Of a stretch of DNA of 64,000 bases, positions 58,838 through 64,000 are shown piece after piece. How positions within the stretch are numbered: position 1 is the first letter of the stretch; each line of letters begins with the position of its first letter. The DNA is taken from assembly GCF_022539665.2 (NCBI RefSeq), contig NC_081333.1, positions 8,866,001 to 8,930,000 on the forward strand, written 5' to 3'. The notes under the pieces were generated by a model, which was not told the DNA's origin, searched no databases, and saw only the letters and a list, made by a program, of their open reading frames with translations. Source of the DNA: Daphnia carinata (taxonomy: Eukaryota). Both the position numbers and the translations under genes were made by a program.

Positions 58838-59357
58838 AAAAAGTGAAATCTCTTGAATTGAATAAAATTTATCCCCTACAATCAATATTGAACAATTACT
58901 TCAATTTCCATTGATTTTCTTATCTAATCAATCTTTTGCTTCGGTTATAACAGTCAGATTTTTAATCTGATGTTAAATATGTCCTAAGGTTTTTCTAGAT
59001 GGTGGCACTTTTCGCATTAAGGATAACTTGAATTTGGATTTCGGTTGAATATCCTGGTGTATTTCATGTCACCTTAACGATGGCTTTTGTTATGTACACC
59101 AATTCATTTAAAATCAATACATATTGTCAAGTTAGATGAAATATTAGGTGGATTCTAAAATCATTAACCAGTTTATGAAGCAGAGGGGAAAAACAAAAAC
59201 AAAATTTTTTTAGGTAACCTGCCCTCTAGCTGCACAACATTTTTATATGCTTGGCATTGAAGGCAATATGTTAGTCACTATTTCGTAGGAGATAAAACAT
59301 GCAATGGCAATCGGCTTCGTTTGATAGATCGCTGCTTGACGCAAAGTATCTCAGCAG

Positions 59358-62300
59358 TTAAAATCGTGGCGATACTGTTTCACTTTCCTTGCGGCTGAAC
59401 AGACGCAACCGCCCTGAGTGCTGCGTAGCACTACTGATTACTTCCATCCATCTAGTTTCAATCGATATTTATTAATCTGTAATCTAGTAACATCTCAACA
59501 TTTTTTGCTTTACCTGTTGAAAGTGTATTCACTTTCGGCTCGGAAGAAATATACGTGATTTTTAAACTGAAGTTTAAAAACGAATTCTTTGTGAATATGA
59601 TCCCTTTCATTCGGTGACGTGACCGAATAGCCAAGTAAAGGTAAACTGGCTAGAGGAAAGTCATCCTACACAGAAAACATTAATGGAACTCAAAATACTG
59701 GAATGCAAGCTAACACAGCATTGATTGTGGCATTTTACCTGAAATGTTTTGTAGAAAAAGAGACAGAAGTTGGTAAAGACTACCCAAAGCTTTTGCCATC
59801 CGTTACTGTTTTTGAACTTGCGTAGAAGGTACCCGCTTAGTTGATTCTGTTTTTAAGAAAATTAACAATTCATTTAAGCTAAAATAAAGGCTTGTAAAGG
59901 ATAATATTAAAATACCACGGATATCAAATATAATCCACTCTAAAAATGCGTATTAAATCTTTCTTTTGTGTTACATTCTAGACAAGAGCGGACTATAGAT
60001 ACTAAAGAAAAGAAAAAAATCACAGTACCTCAAGCGCCAGAAGTTGGTCGCGACTGCTGATGGATGTATTTCTATGCCAACAAACGTGAACAGTGGTATT
60101 ACTCCTTTGCTGCTGTGTTCTCTCTTTTCCACTGGTGCTAGCATGTGAATCTTCTGTAGCTCCGGTTTTATCAAGCACTTCTTCTGAAGAACCTATCAAT
60201 TAGTATAGATATCAATACAGATCACACTTCATCGACGGCAAGCAGCTTACTACATGATTTCAACGAAAAATAATTTATTCTGGACGCATCATCGGATAGT
60301 TCTCTAGCAGCTTGAACGGCTTGAACCAAGTCTTCAAGCCACTTATCCTTTTCTTCTTGTGAATTAGCTGCTACCAGTAGGGCCCTGTTAATTAGTAGAT
60401 GTTGTCGATAACTTAAATATAGTCTTCACCAGTTGTGCCCATAAATTTGTTGGCGTACCTATTGCCTCCATAAATGGTGAAGCAAAACTGGTTGCCCATT
60501 TTGGGTTCACTTTCTTCCACCATTACACCACGTAAAGGAAGCTGCCCGTGAACTTTAAATTGCAATAGTGGACCGGAAGTTCGATTGGTGTACAGGAGAA
60601 CGTCAGAGAACTGTAGAAATCGAACAGCATTAAGATATGGACATACCAACAAACATATGAAGAAAAATACCAAAAAGAACATGCGCTGCTGAAATCCTTT
60701 GCGTGAGAGCTTTTGAAGACAACCTTCGCGGAGAAACTGGCGATTGGGGCTAACGACATTATCGATTCCAACCAAGTCTCGTTGCAATTCGACAAGTTTG
60801 ACAAAATTTTCCTGGAAAGAGAGGAGCTCAATTAAACCTGAATGTAAAGTTGTTTCAATCCTATACTCTTACTGTAGCGTGGATGTTGTGAGTGATGTTT
60901 GTGATGACATGTTCCATTTGCATTCTGGATTGTGTGCAGTCATTGTAATCAATGTGATTTGGCTCATAGTGCTTCAAAAGCCCTTTGTAACAAATAAGCA
61001 AAAAAAAAAAAAAAAAATAATAACAATCAAAAATCGGACTTGGGCGATTTCATTTTTTACTACTTACGTTCGACGATGAGCTGATAGTGGAGAATACGTT
61101 GAAGTGGTCGCAGCAGGAACGTGTTGAGAGGAAGGTAGCAAACTTTGCGAGTTTCAAAGTCGCGGTAGATCTGCTCAAAGGTCTTATTACGCTTGAAGGA
61201 CTGCTCCAGTTTTTCCAAGATTAAACGATGTTTCTCTATGTACCGATTATAAAGCTAGAAAACATAAAGCTCTAATTGAAACGACTCTTCGTTATATAAA
61301 AAAAAAATGAAACCATTGCACTATACCTCTAACTTGCTCGTCATTTTTAGCAACAAATCACCGATACGATGAACGTCCCCTTTGGTGAATGCAGTCGTTC
61401 GACCTTCCCTGTTTTTAGAATGTCAAACATCAACTTAGAGGAGCAGAAAGTCATTAGAATTTTACCAGGCGGCCATGCGATGCTCCAATTCCTTGAGCAA
61501 AAGGGTGTGATGTTCGTAAAGAGGATCCACATGATTAAACAGAAGTGTCAGCACCTCTTCTGGCATATACTCTTCCTTGTTCAGTTCATCGCGAAACCAC
61601 TGGAAACACAAAATAAAAATCATTCGGGAAATATTGAAAATATGTTTTCAACCGAAATGCACTTTACCAAATCAATAACTTCCAGATCCTTTTTATAAGT
61701 CCGCTCGGTCATCAGCAACTCTTTGGCGATATAATAAGCTTTCTCTGTTGGATGACGCTGGATAAAAAAAATTTCATTTAAATTTGTGTTCTGATTGCGG
61801 AGATCAAGTGCGATTTCCAATTGATTAAAAAAGTCAGATATCAGACAGGCAGTATGCTTATGTCCCATGTTTGGTCTTTAATCATTAAAGAACAATAGTG
61901 GTACCGCCGATTACTAATATCGAACACTTATGTCCTGGGCTTGCCCGTCATCGAAAAATATGAGGTAGTTACCTTGCGGCGCACTTCGCCATCCATTGGT
62001 CCATTGCTCGATTTTGCTGACGTATTTGCACCAATATTATTATTAATATTGTTATTATTTTCAATCGAATGCCCCAGCAAAGGTGACAGCGGTGGTGAAG
62101 GCAGTTTTCCCGCGATCCCATTTCTGCACGAACAAAGTGACCCAATAACATTTAGATTTCGAACAGAATGACAATATAAGAAAAGAAAAATACTCACAAT
62201 GATTTGTTCAGATGAACGCATTCCACAGTTTCTTTGACTTCAGGTTCTTCTTTTTCACCTAGTTGACCAGCAACGGGTTCCTCCTCTGATCATTTCCAAG

Positions 62301-64000
62301 AGAAAAATAAGGATCAATTAATTTCTCTTTCGCTCAAAAGTAACAGACATTTATCACAAAACAACCGTTCACTATAAAACCAAACACGAGACGAAAGTAC
62401 TGCACGACACAAAAAGACACCGATAGATTGACTGTTGCACTCACCAGTCAATAAATCCATTCATGTTAGTTCGCATTTTGGAATAAAGGTTAGTGGACAG
62501 AGAAGAGAGACAGACGCGCTCATTTACAATTCATTGATTTGTATTGAACAGGATTTGTTTTTATCAGGATATCCCGTTAACAAACAGGAAAGGAGAAAAC
62601 GACCTCCCGAAAAAGAAAGGTGCACTATAACACTATTACAAGAGTATTTTATTTTTTGTTTTGTTTTGTTTTTTCTTCTTCTGAATCATAAAATCTTCAT
62701 CCGTTAAGAGCAATTATATGAGTAGAATCAACGATTCTATAAGTCGACTAGTTTTGGAAAACTTCTTTTGGGATAAAAACCGAAATGAATAAGAAGGAAT
62801 GGAATCAAACCGGCCAGACTTAAAACGGTGGGGATATATAAATAAGATTTTGGAATAATTCTTCGTTCGGAAACGTTCTGTTTGTTTCGAAATCCTCAGA
62901 GCCGTCATTGCAGATTTCGACGGTTAAAACATTTTTTTTAAGCAATACAAAACTATATGAGAAGGGACTGAAACTTGTTTAAATTTAACGGTGAAGGATA
63001 GTAAACTTCTTGGTCGCTACGTGATCAGTGAAAATCGCAAAAACCGAATAGGATTGAGACGACCACAGGGAATCGTTAACGCTCGTAAAGTGTTGAGTCT
63101 AATCAAGTCATAGAGAAGGAAAATGATGAGAATCAACATGGGTGAGGAAATTTTCTCCAACGAATTAAACAATGGAATACGCTACCGACGACTATGAAAC
63201 AACACGACTAGAAGACTGGTTGAGGTTGGTATTGACCCAAACTCTCTCACTTGTGGAGTGTTAGAACATACTCACAAACTCCCACAATAAGAAACACTAG
63301 TCATTATCAGCGTACAGCTTTCATTCAAAAGACAGAGAAAAAGAGATTCCAAAAAAAAAAAAACGAAAGATGAACGACGTCATTTTGGCATGAGATCGGA
63401 GGTAACGGAAAAAGCAACGGGTTGCAGGGGAGATGATTAAACCGGGGCGACGCGCTGGCGGCACAGTACGACACCGGTGATAATAGAAATGCTTCATTTT
63501 TCCTCTTTAAAAAAAAAAATTTCTTTTTTGTTTTTGAAATTCCGAGGCGTAAATAGGTGACGTGTTCATTGGAAAGATCGTCACATTAATGGCCGTAGTG
63601 AGCAGGTCGAGATCGAGGCAAGGTGAGCCCATTCTGACGGAGCCACGCTGCTTGGCCTACAGGTAGGTAGTTATAAAAAATTACGCCCATATGGAATCTC
63701 TGCTTGACATGATTGCATTTGACAACCAGTCAAAAGGGTTTCACATATATTTGTTTTATACGAAAGAAAATAAGGTATTTGAAAATTTGCGACAACCAGT
63801 TCTGTTGAATCTAACAGACAGAAGGAAAACGGATAAATTAATAAAAAATTGTTCCATAGAAAAAACATTCCAGTGGCCCAGTAAAACCATGCAAAATTAC
63901 TATTTAAAAATTCCGAAAAAAAAAAAATCTCATCTATGTACATAGCGACAAGAAAAGCTTGTGCCAATCGCCACGTCGAATTGAGCCGAGCCCCTCCATC
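59358..64000 (-). CDS. FARP2: FERM, RhoGEF and PH domain protein (FARP/Cdep), 3' portion: DH + two PH domains; the gene continues beyond the window
   Basis: AYYIAKELLMTERTYKKDLEVI, CYLPLNTFLLRPLQRILHY, LQRDLVGIDN...FLREGCLQKLSRKGFQQRMFFLFSD, VHVCWHRNTS, NQLSGYLLRKFKNSNGWQKLWVVFTNFCLFFYK, and WMEVISSA...RF* with the stop at 59358. Exons above ~62300 are uncertain. Confidence 0.92.

Overview
Eukaryotic, gene-dense DNA with mostly 55-120 nt GT-AG introns. Gene content and intron style suggest a branchiopod crustacean such as Daphnia (inference). Ten spliced host genes can be assembled by hand: 3' part of exostosin-1/ttv (+), prolyl endopeptidase (-), two ZP-domain cuticle/apical-ECM genes (-), a crotonase-family enoyl-CoA hydratase (-), alpha-tubulin acetyltransferase (+), RPRD1 (-), PRP4 kinase (+), SETD2 (+) and the 3' part of FARP/Cdep (-). 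The stand-out structure is a 5.25-kb fold-back (palindromic) element at 53592-58837, lying between the convergent 3' ends of SETD2 and FARP. Each ~2.4-kb arm has, from outside in: duplicated terminal motifs, a decayed spliced coiled-coil + FN3-like gene, and a GC-rich run of back-to-back hairpins. The hairpins sit inside a 616-bp block that is identical between the arms, while the outer arms have diverged. The central spacer holds three tRNA-like relics. No transposase, RT or Rep ORF was recognised. Exon boundaries were read by eye and are approximate.
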